From: Chloroflexota bacterium
GTDB lineage: Bacteria; Chloroflexota; UBA6077; SHYK01
Assembly (NCBI GenBank): GCA_009692845.1
Contig: SHYK01000002.1
Coordinates: 193,296 to 257,295 of the forward strand
Reading direction: 5' to 3'
DNA length: 64,000 bases
Shown: piece by piece, positions 54,821-64,000 of the stretch
Layout of the letters: the number at the start of each line of letters is the position of its first letter
Position numbering within the stretch: position 1 is the stretch's first letter
Made by a program: the position numbers and the translations under genes
The notes under the pieces: generated by a model
Databases searched by the model: none
Told to the model about the DNA's origin: nothing
Seen by the model: the letters and a program-made list of their open reading frames with translations, nothing else

Positions 54821-54874
54821 GCAGGGAATGAGTTTCGTGGGAACAAGGCTCATGCGTACCTGCGGCCGCGTTCC

Positions 54875-57652
54875 TCAAAGCGTGCGCCCGCGGCGGGCGA
54901 AAAAGAGCAGGCCCAGGATGCTGGCGAAGCCGAAGAGACTGACGGCGAGGCCGATTCGGACCGAGAGCGGCTCATAGCTGAAACGGACCTGGCTCGTCTC
55001 GGCGGGAACCCATACCGCCTTGAAAAAGCCGTCTGCCCGGAAGATCGGAGTCTCGGCATCATCTACCCAGGCCTTCCAGCCCGGGAAATAGGCATCGGTG
55101 AACGTCAGGTATCCGGAGCCGGCGCCGTTGGTTCGCGCGAATACCACCTGCTCGGGCGAGTCGGCCAGGCGGGTGAATTGGCTTAGCCCGCTGCCTGTCT
55201 CTAGCTGGAGGGCCGGGGGGCCGTCCACGTATACGACCTGAGCGCTCGACTCGGGATCGGTCCGCAGCGCTTCGATAGCATCGGCATCGTTCATCACGAT
55301 CGCGTTCAGAACCAGGTTCACGACGCGGACGGACGCTTCATGCTCATAGAGCTTGAGCGGCGGGAAAAACGTCCGCCGGAGGCCGGGCTGCATTAAAACG
55401 GCTTCCTGGCCGCCATTCCTCCCGATGAGGCTCACCGCGCGAATCTCCCAGTCAGTCGGGCCCTGCCAGGTAAAACGAAGCTGATTGATCGGGGCTCCAG
55501 CGTCGAGCGGCAGGCGAACCAGTGTGTCATCCCCGTTCAAGCCCAGGACGGTGCGGCGACGGGCATGGATGGGCCCTGGGTCGGCGAAGGCGCGCACCTG
55601 GTTGCCCCAGGCGAGCGGGAAGTTGGCTCGGCTGCCATCCGTGCGGGCCAGGGTGAGCGTGCCGCCGCCTCCGCCGCCGGAATTCTCTCCGGCCGCGCTG
55701 GCCAGGAAGGCGATCTCCCCGGCATCGACCGGGCTGGGGAGGTCGATTACCAGGCTTGTGCCCGGCCTCAAGCGGCGGGCGGTGGCGGTGTCGAAATGAA
55801 CGCCGCCCAAATCGACGTCGTTCACCTGGTTGGCGATGACCCACCGGATGTGGAAGAGGTCCAACAGCGGGGTCTCCGGAATAGCCACAAGGCGAGTGCG
55901 CAGCACCCCATCGGGACGGAGGTTCTCCGAGGGAACGAGGAGGCTCGCGAGGTCCAGGTAGCGACGGAGGGGCAGAATTCCGCCGTCGTATCCATCCACC
56001 GAGCTCAGTCCGTAACGCAGGGAAACGTTGGGTGACATCACTTCGTCCAGCTTCAGTACGGTTCGGAAGGCCAGCGAAGCGGCCGGATCAAGCCCCGGGA
56101 ACCGTTCGGCGAGCTGGGGAGCATCTTCGACCTCATATTCGGTGGGGGCGATGCTGAGCACCCGGCCGTCCGGATGCTGGATGAGGTGGAGTGGGAGCGG
56201 ACGCAGCTCGGTATAAGCCGCTTGGGGCACCGGAGCCCGAACCGGCAGGGTCTGAGCGGCCCCACGCAGCTCAGACAGACTGAGGAGCAGCCCGGCCGCC
56301 GCTACGATGCGGGTTGGCTCTCGAAGAGCCAGGCAGGCCAGCAGGCCGCCGCCGACCAGGGTGACCACCCAGAGGAGCACGATCCGGGGTGGGACTTCGG
56401 TGGCGAAGGGCACGAATAGGACCGCGCACAAGCTGAACAGGCCGAGCACGGTCGGGGCGCGCCAGATGCTGGGGTGGGGAACCGGCCGCGCGAGCAGCCA
56501 TTCGAAGCCAAGGGCAGCCAGGGAGGCGGCCCCGAAAGCGTAGATGAGCAGCCAGCGGGACGGCACCCGGAACAGGTCGAAACCCGGGACCAACTGGTAC
56601 AGCAATCCGTAGGCGGGATTGGCGCCCCCGAGCGCGAGGAACAGACCCAGCAGGGCAAGACCGGCCGCGAAGGCGGTGCGGGATCCGCCGGCAAAGGCCA
56701 GGGCCAGCACGGCGAAAAAGAGCGGCAGCGTTCCCACCCAGCCCTGGTACTCGCTGAACAGGTTTGCCCAATAGCCAGGCAACAGGGCGCGGAAGAGCGA
56801 TTGGGGGGGAAGGGAGAAAGCGGTGGCCTCGAGATAGGAGAGGCCTCCGCCGCGGATGGACTCGCCGGACAGCTCGGCAGTTGGGATCAGCTGGGCGGCG
56901 GCGAGTGCCAGAGCAGGGACACCGACCGCCGCACCCACCGCCCCAGCGCGAGCCGTGCTCCGCAGCAAGCGGCGGAGCAAAGGGGGAGCCTCAGTATCGG
57001 ACTCGGCGGTGCGCACTTCATCGGCGATCCGCCAGATCAGCAGCAAGCCCAGCACCCACCCGGTCATGTAGCTGATCTGAGCATGGCCGGCCAGCAGCTG
57101 GGCGGCCAGCGCGAGCGCGCCCAGCGCACACCAGAGCAGGCTTCGGCGACGATAGGCGTGGTCTGCGCAGGTCACCACCAGCGGAAGCCAGAGCGTGGCA
57201 CTCAGCTGGTTCAGGTGGCCGATCTGCGCGAGCAGGGGGCCGCTGAAAGCAAATGCGGTGGCTCCGATCAGCCCCGGCCAGGCGTGGACGCCCATGACTG
57301 AGCGGAGGAACCAATAGGCGGCGGCGGCGGTCAGGAAAGTATGGAGGAGCACCGAGATCGAATAGGCGTAGGGCACGGGCAGCAGGAGAAAGATCCAGCT
57401 AGCCGGATAGAGCAGCGCCGTCTGGGGGTTGGCAAAGAACGGAGCCCCCAGGAAGGTATCCGGGTTCCAGAGCGGGAAGCGCCCGTTCTGGATAGCGAAG
57501 ACGGCGTAGTCCCGCAACGGATAGAAATAGGTCCAGACGTCGTAGTCGGCCAGGATCCGATCCGGCCACAGGATGTCCAGGTAAAAGATCAACGTGGCGA
57601 GCAGGAGCCCCACCAAGGGGGCAGCAATGTGAAAAAGTCTATGTGGAAGCAC
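54875..57652 (-). CDS. YfhO family membrane protein (GT-C like)
   Basis: 'D...YFYP', 'GRFPLWNP...GAPF.ANPQ...LYP', 'LAGHAQ', 'FRVPSRW', 'DAYFPGWKAWVD'. Confidence 0.88.
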   Translation of the reverse strand: MLPHRLFHIAAPLVGLLLATLIFYLDILWPDRILADYDVWTYFYPLRDYAVFAIQNGRFPLWNPDTFLGAPFFANPQTALLYPASWIFLLLPVPYAYSISVLLHTFLTAAAAYWFLRSVMGVHAWPGLIGATAFAFSGPLLAQIGHLNQLSATLWLPLVVTCADHAYRRRSLLWCALGALALAAQLLAGHAQISYMTGWVLGLLLIWRIADEVRTAESDTEAPPLLRRLLRSTARAGAVGAAVGVPALALAAAQLIPTAELSGESIRGGGLSYLEATAFSLPPQSLFRALLPGYWANLFSEYQGWVGTLPLFFAVLALAFAGGSRTAFAAGLALLGLFLALGGANPAYGLLYQLVPGFDLFRVPSRWLLIYAFGAASLAALGFEWLLARPVPHPSIWRAPTVLGLFSLCAVLFVPFATEVPPRIVLLWVVTLVGGGLLACLALREPTRIVAAAGLLLSLSELRGAAQTLPVRAPVPQAAYTELRPLPLHLIQHPDGRVLSIAPTEYEVEDAPQLAERFPGLDPAASLAFRTVLKLDEVMSPNVSLRYGLSSVDGYDGGILPLRRYLDLASLLVPSENLRPDGVLRTRLVAIPETPLLDLFHIRWVIANQVNDVDLGGVHFDTATARRLRPGTSLVIDLPSPVDAGEIAFLASAAGENSGGGGGGTLTLARTDGSRANFPLAWGNQVRAFADPGPIHARRRTVLGLNGDDTLVRLPLDAGAPINQLRFTWQGPTDWEIRAVSLIGRNGGQEAVLMQPGLRRTFFPPLKLYEHEASVRVVNLVLNAIVMNDADAIEALRTDPESSAQVVYVDGPPALQLETGSGLSQFTRLADSPEQVVFARTNGAGSGYLTFTDAYFPGWKAWVDDAETPIFRADGFFKAVWVPAETSQVRFSYEPLSVRIGLAVSLFGFASILGLLFFARRGRTL

Positions 57653-57665
57653 TCTTGACCTTTCG

Positions 57666-57692
57666 GTAGGGCGGGGGCTCGTCCCCCGCCCT
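57666..57692. repeat. GTAG-type REP-like palindrome
   Basis: GTAG overlapping a perfect stem AGGGCGGGGG-CTCGT-CCCCCGCCCT. Confidence 0.6.
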
Positions 57693-57864
57693 GTGGCTCT
57701 ATCAGGCCCTTCCCACCCTGCCGCAACGTGCGGTCTGCCCAGACATCATGCGGCTTTCCGGACTCTGACAGGAAATGCTCCCCAGGTCCCGTAGGGACTC
57801 GGGGGTCAGGGGCCGAAGGCCCCAGGCGCGGTGGTGGGGTGCGGCCGGGCGGGCGTTTCCCCAA

Positions 57865-60060
57865 CTACTCGGGAGGGGTGAGCTCACCTTGGACGAGGAC
57901 TTCGCGGGCGCGGCCATCTTCGGCGGCTGAGATGATGCCGTGCTCCTCGAGCTGGTCGACCAGGCGGGCCGCGCGGGGGTAGCCGATGCCTAACCGCCGT
58001 TGGAGCAGCGAGACCGAGATGCGGCGGGTCTGCTGCGCGAGCTCAACCGCGCGCTCGTATAGCTCATCCCCGGTGGGGTCGGCCGGCTTCCCCAGGGTCT
58101 CGACGTCTTCGAGGTCCTGGCCGTTGTACTGGGGGGAGCCGAGGTCCTTCCAGTAGGTGACCAGAGCCTCGATCTCCTCCTCGGCCACATAGGTGCCCTG
58201 GACGCGAATGAGCTTGCTCGCATCGGGGGGGAGATACAGCATGTCGCCCCGACCGAGGAGCCGCTCGGCTCCCCCCATGTCCAGGATGACTCGAGAGTCG
58301 ATCTGGGAGGTGACCGCGAAAGCGATCCGGCTCGGGAAGTTCGCCTTGATGAGGCCGGTCACGACGTCCACCGATGGCCGCTGGGTGGCCACCACCAGGT
58401 GGATGCCGGTCGCACGGGCCAGCTGAGCGAGGCGGCAAATGGTTTTCTCGGCTTCTTCCGGCGCGGTCATCATCAGGTCGGCGAGCTCGTCGATGATGAC
58501 GACTAAGTAGGGAAGTGCTCGCTCGCCATTCTTACGGGCGAGTTGATTGAAGCCGTCGATGTTCCGCTGGGTGTGGGCCGCGAAGAGCTTGTAGCGGCGC
58601 TCCATCTCCTGGGCCACCCACTTGAGGGTGCCCACGATGCGGTCCATATCTGTGACGACCGGCATGCGGAGGTGGGGAATGCCGTTGTAGCCGATCAGCT
58701 CCACCATTTTGGGGTCGACCATCACGAACTGGAGCTGGTCCGGCGTGAACTGAGACAGCAGGCAGGCGACCAGCGCATTGATGCAGACGCTCTTGCCGGA
58801 GCCGGTCGCGCCGGCGATCAATAGATGGGGCATCCGGGCGAGGTCGGCCACCACCGGTTTGCCGGCGATGTCGCGGCCCAGCGCGAGCGGAATCTGCGCC
58901 TTGCTGCGCGCAAAGCCCTCACTCTCCAGGACCTCGCGAAGCCCAACCACCGACACCCGTAGATTGGGCACTTCGATACCCAGCATGCGGCGGCCCGGCA
59001 CCGGGGCTTCCATTCGGATCGGGGCGGCGCCCAGTCGAAGGGCGAGGTCGTTCATGCGGGCCAGGATTCGACTGACCGGAACCCCCGGGGCCGGCTCCAC
59101 CCCGAACTGGGTGACGGCGGGGCCCTGGTTGATCTCCAGCACGCGGGCCTCAATGCCAAAGCTGGCCAGCGTTTCTTCGATGACCCGGGCCTGGTCGCGC
59201 AGATGAGGGTCAACCGGCTCGGTCGGACGGCGGGGGGCGAGGATCTCGAGCGAGGGTGCTTCCCAGGCCCCGGACGGAAGCGCCTTCCGGGTCTCAACGG
59301 CGGCTTCGGCCGGAGCTTCAGTCAGACCCTCGGTCAAAGGCTGGGACGGCACAGGATCGGGAAGGGAATTGGCGAGCTTGCGGACACTGGCCACTGCGCG
59401 TCGATCCCTGACCCATTCGGCCACAATCCCAAAGACGTCCGCGACGTAGCCGGCCGCGGTGGTGGTTAGCTCCCAGGTGAGTTGCCCGCTGGCCCGGAGG
59501 GCGTGCCAGATTTGGTTCGCCCGCAGGTCCGCGGCGGCGATCGCGCAGAGCCCAGCTCCAGCGACGACCAAGAGGACCGACGGGGGACCGCCCAGGAGGC
59601 TGGTGAGCCAGCCAGCAAACCGGTGACCCAGGATGCCCGGGGTTCGGGCATCCAGCATGGCATCGAGGGTGAGCACGCAAAGGATGAGCCCGCCGAGCTC
59701 GAACAGGATGGCCCAGAAACGCTGATGCTGGCGGACCTGGGGCGCGACCACCAGCAGGCCCAGGCCGCCGAGCCAGAGCAGGGGCAAGCCGGCCAGCCAC
59801 CCCAGCCATTGGGTCAAGGCCGAGGCGAGGGGGGCGAAGAGCGGGCCTTCCGGCCAGGTAAGGGCGAGGAGGCCAATCAGAGAAAGGCTGATAAGGGCAG
59901 TGCCGGCGACCTGGCCGAGGGGCACCTCAGGAATCGACAATGGCAACCGGGGCCCGGCGGCCGGGCGCCGGGATCGGGCGGGGGCCGAGCGCGACGGGCT
60001 GCGCGGGGCGCCGCGAGCAATGCTGCCATTTTTTGCGGTGGCGGGCCGGGTGGCGGTCAA
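57865..60060 (-). CDS. ftsK: DNA translocase FtsK/SpoIIIE
   Basis: N-terminal TMs, 'PHLLIAGATGSGKS', 'DPKMVEL', 'IIDELADLMM', 'ATQRPSVDV', gamma domain 'LQRRLGIGYPRAARL'; probable TTG at 60060. Confidence 0.96.
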   Translation of the reverse strand: MTATRPATAKNGSIARGAPRSPSRSAPARSRRPAAGPRLPLSIPEVPLGQVAGTALISLSLIGLLALTWPEGPLFAPLASALTQWLGWLAGLPLLWLGGLGLLVVAPQVRQHQRFWAILFELGGLILCVLTLDAMLDARTPGILGHRFAGWLTSLLGGPPSVLLVVAGAGLCAIAAADLRANQIWHALRASGQLTWELTTTAAGYVADVFGIVAEWVRDRRAVASVRKLANSLPDPVPSQPLTEGLTEAPAEAAVETRKALPSGAWEAPSLEILAPRRPTEPVDPHLRDQARVIEETLASFGIEARVLEINQGPAVTQFGVEPAPGVPVSRILARMNDLALRLGAAPIRMEAPVPGRRMLGIEVPNLRVSVVGLREVLESEGFARSKAQIPLALGRDIAGKPVVADLARMPHLLIAGATGSGKSVCINALVACLLSQFTPDQLQFVMVDPKMVELIGYNGIPHLRMPVVTDMDRIVGTLKWVAQEMERRYKLFAAHTQRNIDGFNQLARKNGERALPYLVVIIDELADLMMTAPEEAEKTICRLAQLARATGIHLVVATQRPSVDVVTGLIKANFPSRIAFAVTSQIDSRVILDMGGAERLLGRGDMLYLPPDASKLIRVQGTYVAEEEIEALVTYWKDLGSPQYNGQDLEDVETLGKPADPTGDELYERAVELAQQTRRISVSLLQRRLGIGYPRAARLVDQLEEHGIISAAEDGRAREVLVQGELTPPE

Positions 60061-60070
60061 ACAGGTCCTG

Positions 60071-60709
60071 CTACGCGAAGCTCTCGAAGAGCGGGATTTG
60101 CTCAGCCAATACGGGGGCTGCGACGACCGGCACAGGCTCGAGGATCGGGGGCCGCGACTGGGCCTGGGCAATGATCATCGGCAAGGTTCGGAAGTCATCC
60201 TCGATCACCCGGCGCAGGCTTCCCTGGTGGAGCGCGGCGGCGGGATGGTACATCGCACACACCACCATACCCTCAACGGGCAGGGCGCGGCCGTGAACTT
60301 CGCGCATGCTGCGGGTATTTGGGATGAACTTGGCGAGGGAAAACCGACCCAGAGTAACGATGACTTTGGGCTGGATGGCCGCGATCTGGGCCCGCAGATA
60401 ACCGTCGCAAGCGGCGAGCTCATCCGGTTCCGGATCGCGGTTCCCGGGTGGACGGCACTTCACCACATTGGTGATGAACACCTCTTTTCGGGACAGCTCG
60501 GCCAGAGCCAGGAGGTCATCCAGGAATTGCCCGGCCGGTCCGATGAAGGGTTTACCATGCTGGTCTTCGTAGAAGCCGGGCGCCTCGCCAACGAGCATAA
60601 CGTCGGCGCGGGAAGCGCCCTCACCGGGCACGGTCTGCCCGCGCGCCTTGCTCAGGTCGCATTGGCGGCAGCGGGCAATCTGCCCACGGATCTCCTCAAG
60701 GGTGATCAA
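60071..60709 (-). CDS. Uracil-DNA glycosylase family 4 (4Fe-4S)
   Basis: 'CRQC', 'GEAPG..ED..GKPFIG', 'NVVKCRPP', 'YHPAA'; probable TTG at 60709. Confidence 0.93.
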   Translation of the reverse strand: MITLEEIRGQIARCRQCDLSKARGQTVPGEGASRADVMLVGEAPGFYEDQHGKPFIGPAGQFLDDLLALAELSRKEVFITNVVKCRPPGNRDPEPDELAACDGYLRAQIAAIQPKVIVTLGRFSLAKFIPNTRSMREVHGRALPVEGMVVCAMYHPAAALHQGSLRRVIEDDFRTLPMIIAQAQSRPPILEPVPVVAAPVLAEQIPLFESFA

Positions 60710-60789
60710 GGATTCGGCCTCAAGACATAAACTGACACCTGGCCATGCTAGCATCGCAAAATTACGAGGTCAACGGGTGTGATTGAGTC

Positions 60790-63585
60790 GTGATACCGGC
60801 CCCGGATGCTGAAATGCGTTCCACGATCGCGCCGGAGCTCCGCCGCAACGTCCGCATGCTCGGCGATGCGCTGGGCGTGGTGCTGCGCGAACAGGGAGGA
60901 TCGGAGCTTTTCGACACCGTCGAGGATCTCCGCAAGCTGGCGATCTCGGCTCGCCGAGCCGGGGCATCGAGCGCCCAGGCGGCGCTGCTCGACCGGGTAA
61001 GGCGCCTCGACTCCGAGCTGGCTATCGAGGCGGTGCGGGCCTTCGGAACCTACTTCCTATTAATCAACCTGGCCGAGGAGTTCGAGCGGGTGCGCCGATT
61101 GCACCTGCGGGAGGCCCGGAACTACCCGCTGCCGCGTCCCGAATCGATTGCCGAGGCGGTCGCTGGCCTGGTCGAAAGGGGGGTGGGGAGCGCTGCGCTG
61201 GCGCTCATCCTGGCCGGGCTGCACATTCAGCCAGTGCTGACCGCCCATCCGAGCGAAGTGCGTCGGCGTTCGGTCATTACCCATCTGATGCGGGCGGCTG
61301 GCCACCTCAGCGAGCTCGCGACGACGGGACTGAGCCGGGGGACGAAGGCGTCGGCGGAAGCGGCGCTGCTGGGCGACATCAGCGCGCTGTGGCAAACCGA
61401 CGAAGTGCGGCAGTCGCCACCCACGCCCCTACAGGAAGTGCATCACGGCCTCCGTTACCTCACCTCCAGTATCTACCAGGTGCTCCCGACCCTTCGCCGA
61501 GAGCTGGGGGCAGCGCTCACCTCGTCATATCCGGACCTGGCGGTGGACCACCCCTTCCTGAGGTTTGGGTCCTGGATGGGCGGCGACCGGGATGGCAATC
61601 CCTTCGTCACCCACGAGATCACCCGGGCCACGATGCTGCTCCAGGCAGACGCGGTCCTGGCGCGTTACGAGGCGGATTTGAATGAGCTGGTGGGCTCCTT
61701 GAGCCAGTCCCGAAGACGGGTGGAGGTGTCCCAGGAGCTGCTGGACAGTGTGCAGGCGGCTGGGGAGCGACTACCGCAAGTGGCTCAGCTCGGGGCGGCG
61801 GAATTCCCGCTGGAGCCCTATCGCCAGAAGCTGGGCTTGATGGTGGCGCGCCTGGAGGGCACCCGCCAGGGACTGGCCGGCGGAAGCGGGGCGGCGGGCT
61901 ACGACTCTCCGGATCAGTTGCTGGAAGACCTCCGCATAATCTGGAGGAGCCTGCAGGCCAATCGGGGCGCCCGCCAGGCCGCCGAAGTAGCCGAGCTGAT
62001 CCAGCGAGTGGAAGGATTCGGCTTCCACCTCGCGCAGCTCGACGTGCGCCAGCACTCGGCGGTGAACGAGCATGCAGTCGCCGAGATCCTAGCCCGGCGG
62101 TACGGAACGGCCGGATACAGCGGACTGACCGAAGCCGAGAAACAGGGGATACTGCTCGCCCGGCTAGGCGAGCCTGATCGGGGTCCGGATACAACGTCCC
62201 CGGATCCAAGGTCCCCGGATCCAGAGTCAAATGAAGCGCTGGCGGTGTTCGGGGTCATGCACGAGCTGCAGAACCTGCTGGGGGCGGAGAGCTGCCACAC
62301 CTACATCATCTCGGCCACCGAGGACGTTAGCGACGTGCTGGAGGTCCTATTCCTGGCTCGCGAGGCCGGGCTGATTGGTAGAGAGTTGCCTGGCATTCGG
62401 CCGGGAGCCATTCGGATCGTCCCGCTGTTCGAGAGTGTAGAGAGCCTGCGGCGGAGCGGGGCGATCATGGATCGACTGCTCGGCCTGGATTTGCATCGAG
62501 CCACGTTGCGGCAGTGGGGCGACGTCCAGGAGATCATGGTCGGATATTCGGACAGCAACAAGGATGGCGGCTTCCTGACCGCCAACTGGGAGCTGTATCG
62601 GGCTAAGCAGGCGCTGGCGGAAACCTGCGCGCGCCACGGAGTGGGGCTCATGCTGTTCCATGGTCGGGGCGGAGCCATCGGGCGGGGAGGCGGTCCAACC
62701 GTCCGAGCGATCGCCGCCGAACCGGCCGGCTCCCTACAGGGCCGATTCAAGAGCACCGAGCAGGGCGAGATCGTCCACACTCGTTATGGGAACGCCGAGA
62801 TCGCCCATCGTCACCTCGAGCAGGTCATCGGGGCGGTCATCCAGGCGTCGGCGGCCCCCGAGCCTGATCCCAAGGCGGGCTGGGTGTCGGCCATGGAAGC
62901 GGTATCAGAGCGAGCCTATCGGGCCTATCGGACCCTGGTCTATGAGACACCGAGATTCTTCGAGTTCTTCACCCAGGCGACGCCGATTCAAGAGATCCTC
63001 GACCTGAATACCGGGTCCCGCCCGGCCCAGCGAGGGCAAACGGTGGCCATGGAGACGCTCCGGGCGATTCCGTGGGTGTTTAGCTGGACCCAGTCCCGAG
63101 CGAACCTGCCCGGCTGGTTTGGGGCGGGCTCGGCGCTGGGCGAATACATCGACCGCGGGCCGGATAACCTCGAAACACTGCGGGTGATGTATCGGGAATG
63201 GACCTTTTTCCGGTCGTTGATCGACAACGTGCAGATCAGCCTGGCGATCGCCGACATTTCCACCGCCCACCTCTACGCGGCGCTCATGGATGATCAGGGG
63301 CTGGCCGACCAGATCCTGGGTGAGATCACCTCGGAATATGCCCAGGCCGAGCGATCGGTGCTGGCGGTGACCCGCCAGCACCATCTGCTGGAGAGCATTC
63401 CGGTGCTAAGAGACTCCATCTCGCTGCGCAATCCCTACGTGGACCCACTCCACGCGATCCAGGTCGAGTTGCTGCGGCGCTTGCGCGCGGCCACCGCTGG
63501 CGGCGGCGAGGAAGTGGACTTGCTGAAATACGCGGTGCACCACAGCATCAATGCGATCGCGGCCGGGCTGCAGAGCACGGGTTAG
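60790..63585 (+). CDS. ppc: Phosphoenolpyruvate carboxylase
   Basis: 'VLTAHPSE', 'SWMGGDRDGNP', 'MVGYSDSNKDGG', 'FHGRGGAIGRGG', 'LRAIPWVF'. Confidence 0.97.
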   Translation: MIPAPDAEMRSTIAPELRRNVRMLGDALGVVLREQGGSELFDTVEDLRKLAISARRAGASSAQAALLDRVRRLDSELAIEAVRAFGTYFLLINLAEEFERVRRLHLREARNYPLPRPESIAEAVAGLVERGVGSAALALILAGLHIQPVLTAHPSEVRRRSVITHLMRAAGHLSELATTGLSRGTKASAEAALLGDISALWQTDEVRQSPPTPLQEVHHGLRYLTSSIYQVLPTLRRELGAALTSSYPDLAVDHPFLRFGSWMGGDRDGNPFVTHEITRATMLLQADAVLARYEADLNELVGSLSQSRRRVEVSQELLDSVQAAGERLPQVAQLGAAEFPLEPYRQKLGLMVARLEGTRQGLAGGSGAAGYDSPDQLLEDLRIIWRSLQANRGARQAAEVAELIQRVEGFGFHLAQLDVRQHSAVNEHAVAEILARRYGTAGYSGLTEAEKQGILLARLGEPDRGPDTTSPDPRSPDPESNEALAVFGVMHELQNLLGAESCHTYIISATEDVSDVLEVLFLAREAGLIGRELPGIRPGAIRIVPLFESVESLRRSGAIMDRLLGLDLHRATLRQWGDVQEIMVGYSDSNKDGGFLTANWELYRAKQALAETCARHGVGLMLFHGRGGAIGRGGGPTVRAIAAEPAGSLQGRFKSTEQGEIVHTRYGNAEIAHRHLEQVIGAVIQASAAPEPDPKAGWVSAMEAVSERAYRAYRTLVYETPRFFEFFTQATPIQEILDLNTGSRPAQRGQTVAMETLRAIPWVFSWTQSRANLPGWFGAGSALGEYIDRGPDNLETLRVMYREWTFFRSLIDNVQISLAIADISTAHLYAALMDDQGLADQILGEITSEYAQAERSVLAVTRQHHLLESIPVLRDSISLRNPYVDPLHAIQVELLRRLRAATAGGGEEVDLLKYAVHHSINAIAAGLQSTG

Positions 63586-63704
63586 TGGCATTTGGTGTCT
63601 GGTCGGGGAAATGTGAGGCAGCCCCACGATGAGTGTTTCGCGTCCTCGCGGACCGGCTTGCAGCCATGCGAGTTGAAATGGGCCAGCAGAGCACGCCGTG
63701 TCAA
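63582..63704 (-). pseudogene. hicA: Truncated HicA toxin remnant
   Basis: MTRRALLAHFNSHGCKPVREDAKHSSWG... matches the HicA N-terminus; TTGA overlap with the hicB stop; ends after 40 aa. Confidence 0.6.
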
Positions 63705-63913
63705 AGCTGGAGGGCCATTTCCTCGTATTCACCGTTCACGCCCTACAAGGCCTCTGACCTGGTGAGCTCCAGGGCCTCCTGAAGTGCAGATCGAAGATTC
63801 TCCACCAGTTCATCACGGGTGTGACCTTGAGAATTGACGCCGGGCACTTCCTCGACCCAGCCGATTCACCAGGAGCCGTCCCGCTGAATGACCGCGGTAT
63901 AGGGTGAGTCCAA
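63701..63913 (-). pseudogene. hicB: HicB antitoxin with two in-frame stops
   Basis: LDSPYTAVIQRDGSW*IGWVEEVPGVNSQGHTRDELVENLRSALQEALEL...; TGA at 63866-63868, TAG at 63743-63745. Confidence 0.75.
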
Positions 63914-64000
63914 CGATCTCGCCCCTGTGTCCCGACCCCTGTCCCATGTTAACCGCAGAGGGGCCTTAGGACCCGCTGGTTGGGTACAGCCTCGCGATTT

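Noticed and set aside
57653-57864. SRP RNA, 6S RNA, tRNA-Sec or cobalamin riboswitch
   Set aside because: Diagnostic conserved motifs were not found intact on either strand; kept only as an unclassified structured region
57589-57864. 91-aa ORF on the minus strand between ftsK and yfhO
   Set aside because: Pro/Gly-rich translation of palindromic DNA, overlapping yfhO out of frame, with no RBS
63866-63868. In-frame TGA in hicB as selenocysteine (selA is present)
   Set aside because: The position fits Trp in a 'WWIG'-like motif, a second stop (TAG) follows, and HicB is not a redox enzyme
1-64000. CRISPR array, prophage, IS element, rRNA or tRNA
   Set aside because: No regularly spaced repeats, integrase, transposase, phage structural genes or tRNA/rRNA signatures were recognised

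Overview
GC-rich bacterial chromosomal segment, most likely from a Chloroflexota lineage (inferred from gene content: several GT-C/ArnT-like and YfhO membrane proteins, GT9 enzymes, GldAFG-like ABC set, rplU-rpmA without the Prp protease gene). It is mostly housekeeping and envelope genes: larB-folC-larC-GT2-GT2, metG, a Gld-type ABC transporter, nth, a LysM/M23 peptidase, FKBP, a menFDHBCE operon, a ZIP transporter, selA, GT2/GT9 glycosyltransferases, rplU-rpmA-rpmE, yfhO, ftsK, a family-4 UDG and ppc. The most notable elements are: (1) a complete, translationally coupled nurA-herA-mre11(sbcD)-rad50(sbcC) operon with a candidate LexA box; (2) a hybrid PspA locus (lipoprotein, DUF4178-like, DUF350, PspA, PspAA, ABM protein); (3) a divergent FolC-like ligase between larB and larC; (4) an HTH-DUF2851 unit followed by a Cys-rich small ORF missing from the ORF track; (5) a highly structured 210-nt ftsK-yfhO intergenic region; (6) a decayed hicBA module. 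Several single-base homopolymer indels may be assembly errors. No rRNA, tRNA, CRISPR array, transposase or integrase was seen. Product calls come from motif recognition by eye; no database search was run.
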